Origin: Octopus bimaculoides
Lineage: Eukaryota
Assembly: GCF_001194135.2 (NCBI RefSeq)
Contig: NC_068991.1
Coordinates: 77,896,504 to 77,960,503 of the forward strand
Direction: 5' to 3'
DNA: 64,000 nucleotides
Part shown: positions 40,301 to 53,900 of the stretch, one piece after another
Numbering within the stretch: the first letter of the stretch is position 1
How the letters are laid out: each line of letters starts with the position of its first letter
The notes under the pieces: model-generated
Told to the model about the DNA's origin: nothing
The model's database searches: none
What the model saw: the letters and a program-made list of their open reading frames with translations, nothing else
Position numbers and translations under genes: made by a program

Positions 40301-43300
40301 TAGCGCTAAAAGAAGTCCTCTTTAAATAATGTAATTCCAGGCTACTTTTATCATCAACAGGCACCCAAATCTCCCTCATGGTGTATCCAAAACATCTCAC
40401 AGACTTGATTGTCTAATCCCTTTTATTGCATTTTGCTATTGTTTTACAGTATTTCTTTGCCCACAAGCGCCATTTGCTGGCTGTCAATCTCACACCATTC
40501 ATTGAAAAGAACTGCAGCAATTGGACCTGCCTTTCATCTACTTTCATATTGTCCATCTGTTAGTGGAAATGTTTTCCAATGACAATAAGATTAACCAAGT
40601 TGGGGAAGATGTACGAAGAAAGCATGTAACTCTCTCATTGCACCCAGAAATTGAAAGAAATACAGCATTTGTAAAAGAGTAAAAACTAGAATGCTACTGA
40701 GTATGAATGAAACATAGTCAGTCTTTTAACAATTTATTGTATTAAGACACAAAAAGACATCCTCATCATCATCATCGTTGTTTAATGTCCACTTTCCATG
40801 CTAGCATGGGTTGGACGGTTCAACTGGGGTCTGGAAAGCCAGGAGGCTGCACTAGGCTCCAATCTGATCTGGCAATGTTTCTACAGCTGGATGCCCTTCT
40901 TAATGCCAACCACTCCAAGAGTGTAGTGGGTGCTTTTTACATGCCACCAGCACAGGGGCTGGCATCGACCATAATCAGATGGTGCTTTTTACGAGCCACC
41001 GACAGTCAAGGCGGTGCTGGCATCAGCCACGTTCAGATGGTGCTTTTTACATGCCACCAGCACAGAAGCCGGTCGGGGCGAGGGGACTGGCATTGACCAC
41101 ATTCAGATGGTGCTTTTTATGTGCCACCGGCACAGGGACCACAACTACAATTTCCATTTGATTGTGATTTGTTTTTGATGTTGATGTACTTGATTCAATA
41201 GGTCTCCTCAAGCACAGCATGTCACCCTATGATCCAAGGGTACTTTTTGAGTGGGCTAGTTATGCAACACTGGTGTAGGTTACAGCTGTGATTTCACTTT
41301 CTCAGTTACAGTCTACAAACTTTGTGCAGGCAGCTATATGCTAGGAGATGAGAAAAGAGGCCCCGGAGCATAACAGATTGCTCAGTTAATTGTAGATAAA
41401 ATGAAAGATCACTGTTTTAAACATATATGATATTTCTGTGAACAAGTTTTTACAAATTTGATTTGAAGACACATTTACAAAATAATTGATCTTTAATTTG
41501 AAGAAAAACGGTTAAAAATCCTGAAATTCTAGTGGAACATTCCTTGTGTTGTTTATTGCAGATATGTTTACTTTCAATGGTTGGTGTTTTTAAACTAATG
41601 AAAAGAAAGCACAAAAGCACCAAAATCAATGTAAAAGAATTGGCTGGATGTTCTCCATCCAAAGCCAGTGACTTGGAATTCATGCCTTGTTGTCGTGACG
41701 ATAACCATTGGCTGACATATTGTGGAAAAAAACTGCCAAGAACTAAAGAAGCTTGGAATGAGACTGTTTTTGTTGAAAAGACCCATTTTGGGTTCTACTG
41801 TTGGCCTGTGTAAGTGACATTTACGTTTTTTGATTTGAATTTTTTAGGAACTTTTTGGTTTTGCAGGAATTTTTGCAAGGTAGACCTAATCTGATGAAAC
41901 CTGGTTTAATACCACTTCTAACCCCTTGGGTGGTGCCTTTAAAAAAGTAAAAGGCCCCCTTCAGTCATGAATGACCATGGGATTGCACCTAGAACGCGCC
42001 TCTCCAAGGCACGAATCTGGGCAAGGTTGTTTGAGGAAGATCAGCAGTCACTCATGCATATCAGCCATTCCCTCTCCACGTCCACCGATGTTATCTAAGG
42101 GAAAGACGGCAAAGGGGTCAATACAGCTTGGCAGTAGAGCATCACAATTCATTTCTACAGCCGAGTGAACTGGAGTAACATGATATATAAAGTGTCTTGC
42201 TCAAGAACACAAAACACAGCCCAGCCCAGGGATCGAACTCACTACCTCATTATTATGAGCCTGCACGTGTGGATTAAGAGATTATGTGATACTAATACAT
42301 TTGTATGATATCTGATTAGGGAATCCACTTTGCTGTCAATCAGCCTGCTAGAAATAGCGACTGAATTTCCCATAAATTATATCCTAATGTCTTAAAAATG
42401 AAAGGACACATTGTCTAGTGTAGACCTAGAAACATTGTCAGAAAAAAGATGAGATGATCACAGCTGTAACACTTTTGATCCAAGATAAGCTGGATCAAAG
42501 CTGAGCTGAGCTAAACAACATCAACCTTGTCAACATTATTCTGTGATATTTCTTCTCATACAAGTCAATGCTATTACAGATTAATTTTTAATCTATCAAT
42601 TTGAATAGCTTAATTAGTCTAAGTGTACTAAATTTAGCAAGCATTGCGTGGCTGAGTATGGAAAAAGTTTTGTTTTGTAATCACAATGTTCTGAATTGAT
42701 ACTACTCTGGGACATCTTCAGTGTCTTTTACCATTCCTTTAGATCAACATGTGTCTTGTGAGTGAGAGAAACATTGCAGAAACCCATCAAATGAACCATA
42801 CGTGTAATTCAAAGGGACAACTTTATCACATACTGTCACATTGCTCCTGCCTGAGGTTTAATACATTCAGTTTACATGTCTTAGATGCTAGTACAATGAG
42901 TTGGTAGTTGATTGCACAGCCGCAACTCTAATTATCATAAAGGCTTCTCTGTTAGAAAAGGAATCTGATGAGCATCAAAAAACTAATTAGAAAATATTCC
43001 AGTGATTACTGTGAAATGGTAAGTCATTGGTTAATATAGGCAGAATTGTTATATCATCAGAAAAATATCTTTCCAGTACTTAGTTACAGCCCTTCATGTA
43101 ATTAGGGAAAATGGACCTTAGAGGGATTTGAACTTTCTTCCTTCCAGGGTTGATAAAATAAAGTAGCAGTCAAGTACTGGAGGATGATTTAATCATGTGT
43201 CCCCTCACCTTAAAATTGTTTGACTTTGTACCAGTGATATGAATCGGTATTATTTGGATTCTTTTAGTAAGTATAAGAGACAACTCTGGAAGTATTTCAG

Positions 43301-44930
43301 CCTTATTGGACCTCCATAGAAAAACCATAGATCTTCACTGCATTTACAAAAGTAGTGATGAGAGAACCACCAGCAAATTACACCAGAAAGTACAATGGCT
43401 GGCATAAAAAAAAAAAAGAAAAATAGACATGTTCAGAAAATAAATTATACTTACATAACATTTACATTAAAAATCCAATGAAGTTAGTGTTAAAATATTA
43501 AATGCTGTGAGCATCAAAAAGCTTATCAGAGAAAATAAAATATCAATTAATTTGTTTGTTAATTGAATTTTCTGTCTTCGTTTTAGTGAAATGTTTGCCT
43601 ATGCCCCTTACAAGGAGCAGCCGAATGTGGAACGGGGACGGGAAGAGTTGGATGAAACGGAGAAGTGCATTTATGACTTTTGGATGTCCAAAGATTACAT
43701 TCAGAAGTTTATTGGTTTCCTTGCTCTTGAAGAACAGAAAGGGAAAGATAAATTCAAACAGAAACACGTGGCTTTCATTAAGGTGAGATGGATGGATGCT
43801 TCATCATCATCATCGTTTTAATGTTCACTTGTTTATGCTTGCATGGGTCAGACGTAGTTTATTGCAGAACATTTTCTACAGCTGGATGCTCTTGCTATCA
43901 CCTATCCTCACCTGTTTCCAAGCAAGGTAATCTATCCCCGCAGCTAGAAATGACATATTTTTGCAAAATATTGGAAACGATTGGCACTGCCTGTATGCCA
44001 GTGACATTTATTTACACACACACACACACACATATATGTGTGTGTGTGTGGATATAAAACTCTGATTCACCAGAAACAATAAATTACAGGACTTAATGCA
44101 AATCTAGGGTATTCCTTAATACATTATAACTGAAATGTAATATATTCAGTTATAATGTGTGTGTGTGTGTATACATTTTTCTAATGGCCATCAATGTCAT
44201 ATATGTATATGGTGTTTTCTTTTTTGTTTTTGTATATCTTTTTTTAAATCAATGTAAAGAAAAGTATTGCTATTTGTAAAATGTTGCCATGCTGTTAACG
44301 ATTTTATTTCCATCTTATTCAGGGTTTATTCAGAAATTTTGGTGATTCTTTCCTTGAGTTATTAAAACCAGAAATTGAGAAATTATTAGCCGAAACAAAC
44401 CTTGTAACAAGAGAGAGCCACCACAGGTGTGCATTAGAAATTTTGGCTGGCATCATCCAAGGAATGAAACATTGGCCTTATGAAAAGGTAGTTTGCCTTT
44501 TGTTTTCTTTTTTAATATTATTATTGAGTGAGAGAGCTGCACACACCATCAGTGATTTTGGGGTACAAATATATGAAGCCCAATATACCCATCTGATAAG
44601 GGTACACCAGGCACATGCATCACAAACATATGTGCATGACATGGTGATCTCATATCAAGATAAACAGCACATGACCTCGCAGGTGGGGCCCAGTTAGAAT
44701 TTTCTTCAACTCGAGTAGCCCATCCTGCTCAAATGGTCCTTGAATAAGGGTTGTTTAAAGATGTTGAACAAAACACCCATATTTCCATTAGTAGTAGTAG
44801 TAGCAGCAGAAATACTGCCCAGGTCAACTTTGACTTTCATCCTTTCATGCTTGATTACACCAGTGAAGGTTGGTGGAATCGAATTACTCACTTCCTCTGA
44901 AATTGCTGGCCTTGTGCCAAAATTTGAAAC

Positions 44931-44982
<52 letters not shown>

Positions 44983-47900
44983 AGTTAGTGTTGAACAGCT
45001 GCTATTACATGTAGGACAGATCTGGCTATAGGCTGTCTCCATCATCAAGACTGTCCCGCTGCTTTCCTTTGATGAGGAAGGGCAGGCAGTTTTCATCTGT
45101 CTGGTTCTATGGTGAACCAGAGGCTGTGTAGTGGATGAGACTGGAAAGAGTGGAGACAGACATTTTCCTTTTCATCCATGAACTCAACATTGTTTTAACT
45201 TGAATTTGAAAAAGATGGTGAAGGTTGAGACGGGGTGTGCAACCATCTGGTGAATGTGATGAGGGTGGGTCTACTTTAAGCTGGTACCTGTTGGCTGAGA
45301 AAGAGAGAAGAGCTCTTGGCGACTAGGGTGACTTGAAACTTGTGGAGTTCCTTGGGTACCCCTGGGTGATGTTTCTCCCCTAATGGGGGGGGGGGATTTG
45401 TTTACTAGAATTTTTTTGTAAATTATTGTTGTTTTTTTATTGTTGACCTGTTTCTATATATAAATCCCTGCTATCTTTTTTATTGTCCTAAATGTTTTTA
45501 CAGTCAATAAAGAAAGAATTATTTATTTTCATTGACTTTTTGTGTCTCAGCTGAAAACCAATGAAATATTTCAGTTCTGTCGTTTGTCTCATCTATTTCC
45601 AGATAATGAACTTCTGGGACTGGTCCATAAAGCTTCTCCGTAAAAACTTGAACTCAGTAATTGTGGAAACCGTAGAAGACTGGGGCAATTTCTTTAATCT
45701 AATCTGTGTAAGTTTCTGAGTTTTTCTCAATATATTCTTTCTCCATTATTTCATCCATCAGACAACACAGATATCTTAATCATCTGTCATTAATCTGGGT
45801 GGTAACACTGCCTCTAGGGTGTTGTGTGCTCACCTGGGGGAAGGTGCTGGTTGTTTAAGCGATTTTGATTTCATTTGCCTCAACAGGTCTTCGCAAGCAA
45901 AGTTTATTGTCCAATGAATGAGGGGTACTTATAAGTGGGCTGGTTATACACAACTGGCATAGACCACGGGTTATGATCTTACTTAATTTTCCGGGTCTTC
46001 TAAGGTTCAATATAACGTTGTTATAGAAGTCCTTATGTTCTTCTGTAATTTCTATAAAAATTTAACACAGAGGCACTAAATCGTGAAGCATGAAGAAGGA
46101 GATGTATGCTGGATGGAGGAGTCTAAGAAAATTGAGATTATAAACTGATGCACAAAAGTAGCCATTGTTTGATTACAGTAGATGCCTCTTTTTTTTTTTA
46201 TTGATTGCAAATTCTGTGAAAAGGGAGTTGGTAAAATATTTAGAGAAAGGGAGCACTGAGCTACCAAAGTGATTGTGAATCCTTGATTTAAATGAGCCAT
46301 TTTTTATAGATGTGTGAAATTGGTTTTGCAAATTTTGTTGCCAGATTTATGTGAAATATCTTCTTTGTAAAATATATATGTTCAATTTCTTTGAATTTCA
46401 GGAAAATCGTGACCCCAGAAAACTTTATCCAATATATGAATTACTAATGGAAAATCCAATTAATGGAGAAGGTGGTTCATTAGGAGATGCAAGGTGAGTT
46501 TATTGGTCAATGCCATAGAATACCACATAGGTTATAATCACACTCTATGAATTATATGTCCTCTAAGATCAGTTGGAATTGAAAAAGAAACTGTCTTTTA
46601 ACTTGAGCTAAGGAAGCACTGGCCATTGACATAACAGTTTTGCATGAATAGATTTAATTATTTCGTAAATCTTTGGATCTATAACATCTTTTCTACTAAA
46701 GGCACAATGTCTGAAATTTTGGAGGAAGGGACCATGTTTTGCTTTGTAGCAGCAGCAGCAATTGTGATTTCCTTCTCTGACTGAGTTACACAAAACAGGA
46801 TTGATGGAATAGTATATATGAAGATGCTGGATTATCACAATTGGACCTTCAATTAATCCTTTGTCTTCAATCATCTCGATCACTGTACTCAGCTTGACTG
46901 ATCAAACCCCAAAAAAAAACAAAGTGAATCCCAAAATATTTTAAGTGATTTCGTTTTCTTATTTCACTGAATTGATATTATTACTTGTCCTCTCCACCTC
47001 TCTCTCTCTCTCTCTCTCTCACACTTGTTTGCGTTTTGTTGTTTAGTCGAATATACAGTTTACAAAATGCCTTGATGTCTCAAGAATGGAGAGTATCAGA
47101 ATTATTAGGGAAACTTTTGAATTATTTGGAAAATTTCCTTGATTATCCTTACAAGAATGTTCGAGATCGTATTGGCTGGTAAGTACTTATGTAATTCTAT
47201 TTCTGTTTAAATCTCATTTTACAAGTTCTTTCTGCACCCTTTCCTCACTCTACATTTTCATTATTATCGTTTAATGTCCATGTTCCATGCTGGCATCATG
47301 GGTTGGGCAGTTTGACCGGATCCAATGGCCCCAAGGACTGCATCGTACTCCAATGTCTGTTTTAGCATGGTTTCTCCTACTGGATGTCCTTCCAACTGTC
47401 AACCACTTTACAGCCTGGGCGGGGTGCTTTTCTCAAGCCACTGACACTATTGAAGGTCGTCATGCAGCTTACAAGCCTACAAAACCCTAAGGGAGAAGTT
47501 TTGTGCTAACAGATGAGGGTGAAGGCATGGGAAAAGCGGGCAGAGCAGAACAAGTTCTTGTAGGAGAACCACATGGTTATTCGCATTTAGGTGGGAATAT
47601 CAAATGTATGTAATGCTGTAAATGAAATATTGAATATCACTCAAGTTGATATCTTTATCAGCAAAGAAACTTATTGAAATCAAAGAAAATAAATATAAAT
47701 AAACTAAAATAAAGCCATTAAATTGAACCAAAAACTTTACAACAGATTATTGACAAAGATTAGTTCTTATTAGCTTATCAGATTTATGCAATATCAAAGC
47801 AAGCTTAAACTGAAATTAAAATATTTAATCCTTCCTACTTTAAATAGGTTAATTAGAAATAATTGTGCAGCGAGGTGCATCAGTTTGTGTAGTCATGGCT

Positions 47901-50900
47901 GTGTGTGCAACCAAGTCGTTTCAGGTTCAGTCCCACTAGATGGTACCTTGGGCAGGTGTTATTAGCCTACTAGAGTCTCAAGTTAACCAATGTCTTGTAA
48001 GTGAAATTTGGTAGAGGAGAAGCGGTGCAGAGGTCCATCATAGTGTATACGTGTGTATGTTTAAGTGCGTGTTTGTCTCCGTGTCTTCACATTGACATTG
48101 CTCAGTCTCTCTCTCTCTCTCACACACACATATACACACACACACACATGAGGTCTGGCAGCTTGGTAGTTCATGTGAAGTTGTGAAATATAAAATACCT
48201 TAATTGGAAACAGGAATGAGTTGTCATCAGAGGAAGGAGCTCTGACTGTAAAATGCAACCATAACAAAGTTTGTACAAACCCTTGCCAAGCGGGCAAAAT
48301 GTGGGCAAAAAAAATCAGTGATAAGATGGCGAAATGGCTTACATTATTGAGGCTTTTGATCCTGCTTGTTTGATCTCTTCAGCAAAAGGTGGACTTTGAT
48401 GATCAATTTATTACTTTTAGAATGCTGTTAACTATTTCTTGTGTATTTCGAAATGAATAAATGAAACTTTGAGAAAATTGGTCATAATGTATAATTTGTT
48501 ATCTCAAGTAAATATAAATCAGAGTTTAGGATGGTCTGTGCCAACAGTAGTCATTTAGGAAGGTTTACAGTTTATATGCTGGGGGTAGGCATGAATACCA
48601 ACATTTCAAGCAATATTGCCATTCTTTGAAGATAAACTAAAAACCATTCTGTTTTTTTACAGTGTTTTTTTTTTCTGTTTTTTTTTACAGTGTTTTTTAC
48701 AGTGTTTTTTTTTCTGTTTTTTTTACAGTGTTTTATGCTATATCTTCCTTTATGATTACAAAATGACACCAACTTGCAAGTCTTTCCTACCTCTACGAAA
48801 ATCGTTTGTTGAGAAGATATTAGCTCAGTTAGATCCTCTGAAGAATATATATGAAGACAGCAACTTTTTAAAAGGTATTTGAAAATTTTTCAATGAATTT
48901 TGTTATGCATAATGGTGTAATTGATATGAAACCAACCATTTCATCATGTGCAAAGTCTAGGGGAGGTGTGCAAATATTTACCCAGATAAAAATTTAGGTG
49001 CTGGCTTCCTAAGCTCCAAAGAGCTTTTAAGGTACCAGTCTATCAAAGGTATCTTCTTAAATAGTCAGGAACCTACCCTTTTGGTAGTGGAATGAGACAA
49101 TACAGAGAAAAATGTTGTAACCAGAAATGAATTTGAACTTACAACTAGAAAATCTCAGTATCTTATTAACCTGGCCTTATCCCATGAGCAAGTACGGTTG
49201 TAACGAAAGGAGGCCAAAGATCCATCAGTTTCTTTGAGTATTGCTCTACGGAACAATACAAAACCATAACACTTCACAACCAGAAACAGTGAAGCCTGCA
49301 TAAATGCTACATGCAAACAGTGAACGCCCACTGAGTTCTGTGTAGAATGTCAGTAATTGTTGGGAGCTGATACATTTCTGACTTAGAAGAAGAAGATGCC
49401 TGGACAATGGGATGCTGTCTGAAACTATGTTATAGGTTGCTGGCAGTATTAGTTGTTCAACTGTGCTTGCTTACAGATCAAAAGTCAGTCTGTCCCAGAA
49501 ATGCCCCAGGGCCATAAGTAAGTATTCTGTTCTGCTCTTATTATTCTTTTGTGTGACTTAGATTGCCACAAGCTCGAATGTTCTGCCTCTGAGACTGGCA
49601 GAGGTGGGCTGGGGCAAGTGACCCCCCCCCCTCTCCCCACAACTCAGGGAGTTATCTTCACACTAAGTCCAAATGCTTCCAAATAGCTAGACTCTGCTAA
49701 TGACTCCCAAAGACCAGTTGGTGATGTTAAACCAGGCAACAGATTAAGTCAAACACATGAGTCAAAATTATTTGATATCATAAATCTCTTTTATGAATCT
49801 GATTCGGAGTTGGTCCACAGATCTCTGGCCATTACTTCATTCTCTTTAGTTTTGTTTCTTTTTTCCATTTATCTTTATTTATTATTATTATTATTATTAG
49901 TTTGTGGTGGTGGTGGTGGCAGCGAGCAGGCAGAATCATTAGCATGCAAGGGGAAATGCTTAGCGGTATTTTGCCTGTCGCTGCTTTGTGAGTTCAAATT
50001 CCACCGAGGTCGACTTTGCCTTTCATCCTTTTGGGGTCAATTAAATAAGTACCAGTTACACTCTGGGGTCAATGTAATTGACTTAATCCCCACCTCCAAG
50101 CTGCCCTTGTGGCAAAAATTTGAAATCACTATCATCATTATTATTATTATTATTATTATTGTCACTATTATTATTATTGGTGTTGTTCAACTTTCTCTTC
50201 AATGTAATTACCATTTCAGGTGAAGATGGCATGTCATTACCTCCCAATGGCTACACATCAACTACGAAGTGTATTTCTGCAGTAAACCAGTACAACGGTG
50301 GAGAAGAGTCAGAGGAGAAGAACACTTTAATTCGAATCTGTAAAACTGGTAAGTGTTTGTGTAGAAGACTGCCAATGTTACCCTCAGTCCGTCTCTCATC
50401 ACTTTGTTGTGTCTAACTCTTTACCTCAGCTAAATTTGATCTCGTATGAAAAAAGAAGGACCATATATATGTTGTTATAGTAACAAGAACACCTGTTCAA
50501 ACCAGGTGTAGCCCGCTTTCTTGTGATTACTTTATCCCTATTTATGTTTGGTTGTGGATTAGAAGAAATTGTTACTGCCAAAGGAAATGCCTTGTGGTAT
50601 TGGTTCCTGCTATTTATCTTTAGAGTTCCAAACCAGCTGAGATCAATGCTACCTTTCATTCCACAGGAGGTGTGATGGTGGTAGTGGTGGGGGGGGGGGG
50701 CTGATAAAATATAGTATTACTCAAGGGGTGGCTGTGTGGTAAGAAGCTTGCTTACCAACCACATGGTTCTGGATTCAGTCCCACTGTATGGCACCTTAGG
50801 CAAGTGTCTTCTACTATAGCCTCAGGCCTGGATTTGGTAGATGGAAACTGAAAGAAGCCCATTGTGTATATATACATATATGAATATATATATATATATA

Positions 50901-53900
50901 TATATATATGAATATGTTCGTCCCCCCCCCCACCATTGCTTGACAACCAATGTCCCTGTAACTTAGCAGTTTGGCAAAAGAGACCGCTAGAATAAGTACC
51001 AGGCTTACAAAGAATAAGTCCTGGGGTCGATTTCTTCAACTAAAGGCAGTGCTCCAGCATGGCTGCAGTCAAATGGCTGAAACAAATAAAAGATTACTGG
51101 AGTCAATTCAGTCAAACTAACCCCCCTCCCACCCAGCTTCTGGCTGTCTGCCTGTATTACAAATATATTTGTACTCAAGAAAACCTGTCCTCCACAGCAG
51201 AAGAGTTAAGGCCACTCTTCCTGGTGAAGAGGAAATGTCTGCAAGAGTCCTGCATCGGTGCCACATAAAAAGCCCTTGTGTTGCTGCCATGTAAAAGCAC
51301 TTGTGCTGGTGTTGCGTTAAAAGCACCCAGCAGACCACTCTCAGAGTGGTTGGCATTAGGACATCGTTTAACGTCCGTTTTCCATGCTGGCATGGGTTGG
51401 GCAGTTTGACTGAGGTCTGGAGAGCCAGTGGCTGCACCAAGCTCCAATCTGATATGACAATATTTCTACAGCTGGATGCCCTTCCTAACGCCAACCACTC
51501 CGAGAGTGTAGTGGGTGCTTTTTACATGCCATCGGCACGGGAGCCAGTTAGTGGGTACTGGCATCGGCCACTTTGGTATGGTACTTTTTACATGCCTCCG
51601 GCATGGGGGCCAGTCAGGCAGTCCCAGCATTGACCACATTTGGATGATGCATTTTCATGCCACCAGAATGGGAGCCAGTCAAGGGGCACTGGCCACAGCT
51701 ACAATTTTGATTTTACTCAACAGGTCTTCTCAAGCATATCGTATCACCTGACGCATCAGGGGTCCTCTTAAATCGACCAGACATGCATCACTGGCATCGG
51801 CCATGGCTGCAATCTTGCTTTAGTTGCCGGGTCTTCTCAATCACAGCATATTTCCAAAGGTCTCGGACTCTTGTCATTTACCTCTGTGAGGCCCAATGTT
51901 TGAAAGTCATGCTTCAAATAAAATCCTACAATCTCTCAAATTAAATCCTGCATTCTTAAAAGAAAAGCCACGTGAGGTTCTTGAAGACAGGATGATCAAG
52001 GCTGAAATGTCTTTGATCTTGGGTCGTTTTGATCAGGATTAACCTGGGGTTAAACACCACCACCACCACTACCACCACTACTAAAAACTGTTAGTACAAG
52101 GTAGTACAAGGGCAGTAACAGCAAATAGAAGTGAACAGGATGTTGTTGTTGTTTAACCCCAGGTCAGTCCTCATTGAGCAAACATGATGAAAGATATTCC
52201 AGCCTTGACTATCCTACTAGTTGCAGGAAAGAGGTGATAGATTAAGTCTATTACCCTTATAAGTGTATGCAAATTTAAATACACACACACTCCCCATCCC
52301 CAACAGCATCCATCAAGGATCACATGCATAGAGCCCTTTCTTTTTTAAGACCATAGGATATGATTTGAGGGTGCCTTGGCTTCTATTTTGAGCAGGTTTA
52401 GTGATTGCATCTGGTATACACTGACTATGAATTGATAAATGTAAACGATGTTTGTAAATAAATTGTTTGTTTTGATTCCAGTTCTGAAGTGGTTTGTGTT
52501 GAGTTTCAACTCTATGTTGAATAATGTCACGGAAGAACTGTTTGGATTTCTGCCAATAGTAAGTATATTTTGTTCCTTCTGCTGTGAGACAGTTCCAAGC
52601 AGAGACACATGTTCATAGTTTCATATTCGTGTATTGTGTGTGTGTTATTGGGTATCAAGGCTATTCCATACCATGGTTTCATGGAGGTTACCTAGGCTGT
52701 AAGGGGATACTTATCAATGGCTGCATAGTTTTGTATGTAAACTCATAAACATGCATGTACACATGTGTGTGTATGTATATACACACACACACACATGATG
52801 ACCTCTCTCTTTGTTTTTAATATGTCCAGTTGTTCAATCAAGTGGATATCCTATTCATTCAGTTTGCATGCAAAGTGACTGAGTATTCCACAGACATAAG
52901 AATCCTTAATCTAATTCAAATAGAATCAGCATGACACAGGATGACAGTGCTGCTCTGCTTTGAATTAAGGGACAGGTTGTCTTCTACATAAGCTTCTGTA
53001 CAGTTTCCTTCTATCTAAATTTACTTGCAAGGCTAGGGTTGTCTTCAGGCTATGATAGAGACACTGACCCCAAATGCCATGCACTGGTGTGTGTGTGTCT
53101 GTTTATATCAGGCTCTGAGATTGTTGGAAAGGAGGAAGGTGTCCTCAAACCACAGGTTTGGTCTCAATGCTTGCAACAGAGTGGACTCTCTTAAAGGTCC
53201 CCTAAGTACCAGGTGGTGGTGGTGGCAGTAAAGAGGGTCTACTACCCTTATTAGGTGTATGCAAATCTATATATATACACACACACACACACACACATGC
53301 ATGATAATAAAGTAGTGAGATCCAGAATGATCTGTGGGTCCAGGCAGAGTTTGTTAGCCTCAAGCATGGACATGGCTTGTATAGATGACACAAAACAAAT
53401 AATACTTGATCTGTGTATGTCATTCACTTCGTCCTATATCTAATTAGAGATTCCAATAAGATGACCATCACTATTCCAACTCCAAGAGATAGGAACAAAA
53501 ATTACACACACACACACTCTCTGAATGGAAACTTTCAAATTGCAAGGATGATCTCAGCTAATTGAAGACAACCACTGCCTTTAAGGAGTGTTCAAATCTT
53601 TTAGAAAAAAATGGTATGAATAGCTTCTACAGTATCGATATTTTTGTAAAATTATGGGAATGTATTTTAGGAATGGAATTTGTCATGATCACCAAGTGGT
53701 GAAAGCATTGCCCCAGAAAGTTCATCTGATGGTGTGTTTATTTGATACGTTTCCATGATTCTAGATTTTGTTCTTTTATGTGACATTTTCATGATTTTTA
53801 CCTGCAAGAAATCACTTTCCAGTTTTGCAGCCTTGTCAGCCAAGTGCAGGAGGAAGAACTTCAAAAAGAATGTCTGCATGCTTTGGCCAATCTTGCCCAG

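Noticed and set aside
41808-41815. Overlapping GTGTAAGT donors at exon w27
   Set aside because: Only the GT at 41810 has the consensus GTAAGT and preserves frame with exon w28. No reason to invoke alternative use.
45000-45375. GC-richer block that may be a CR1/L2-type LINE fragment on the minus strand
   Set aside because: Only a weak ..LWFT.. resemblance. I could not recover diagnostic motifs by eye; it needs a RepeatMasker or tBLASTn search.
50725-50800. tRNA-like A/B boxes in SINE heads that could be called tRNA genes
   Set aside because: No complete cloverleaf, and they continue into SINE bodies present in many diverged copies.
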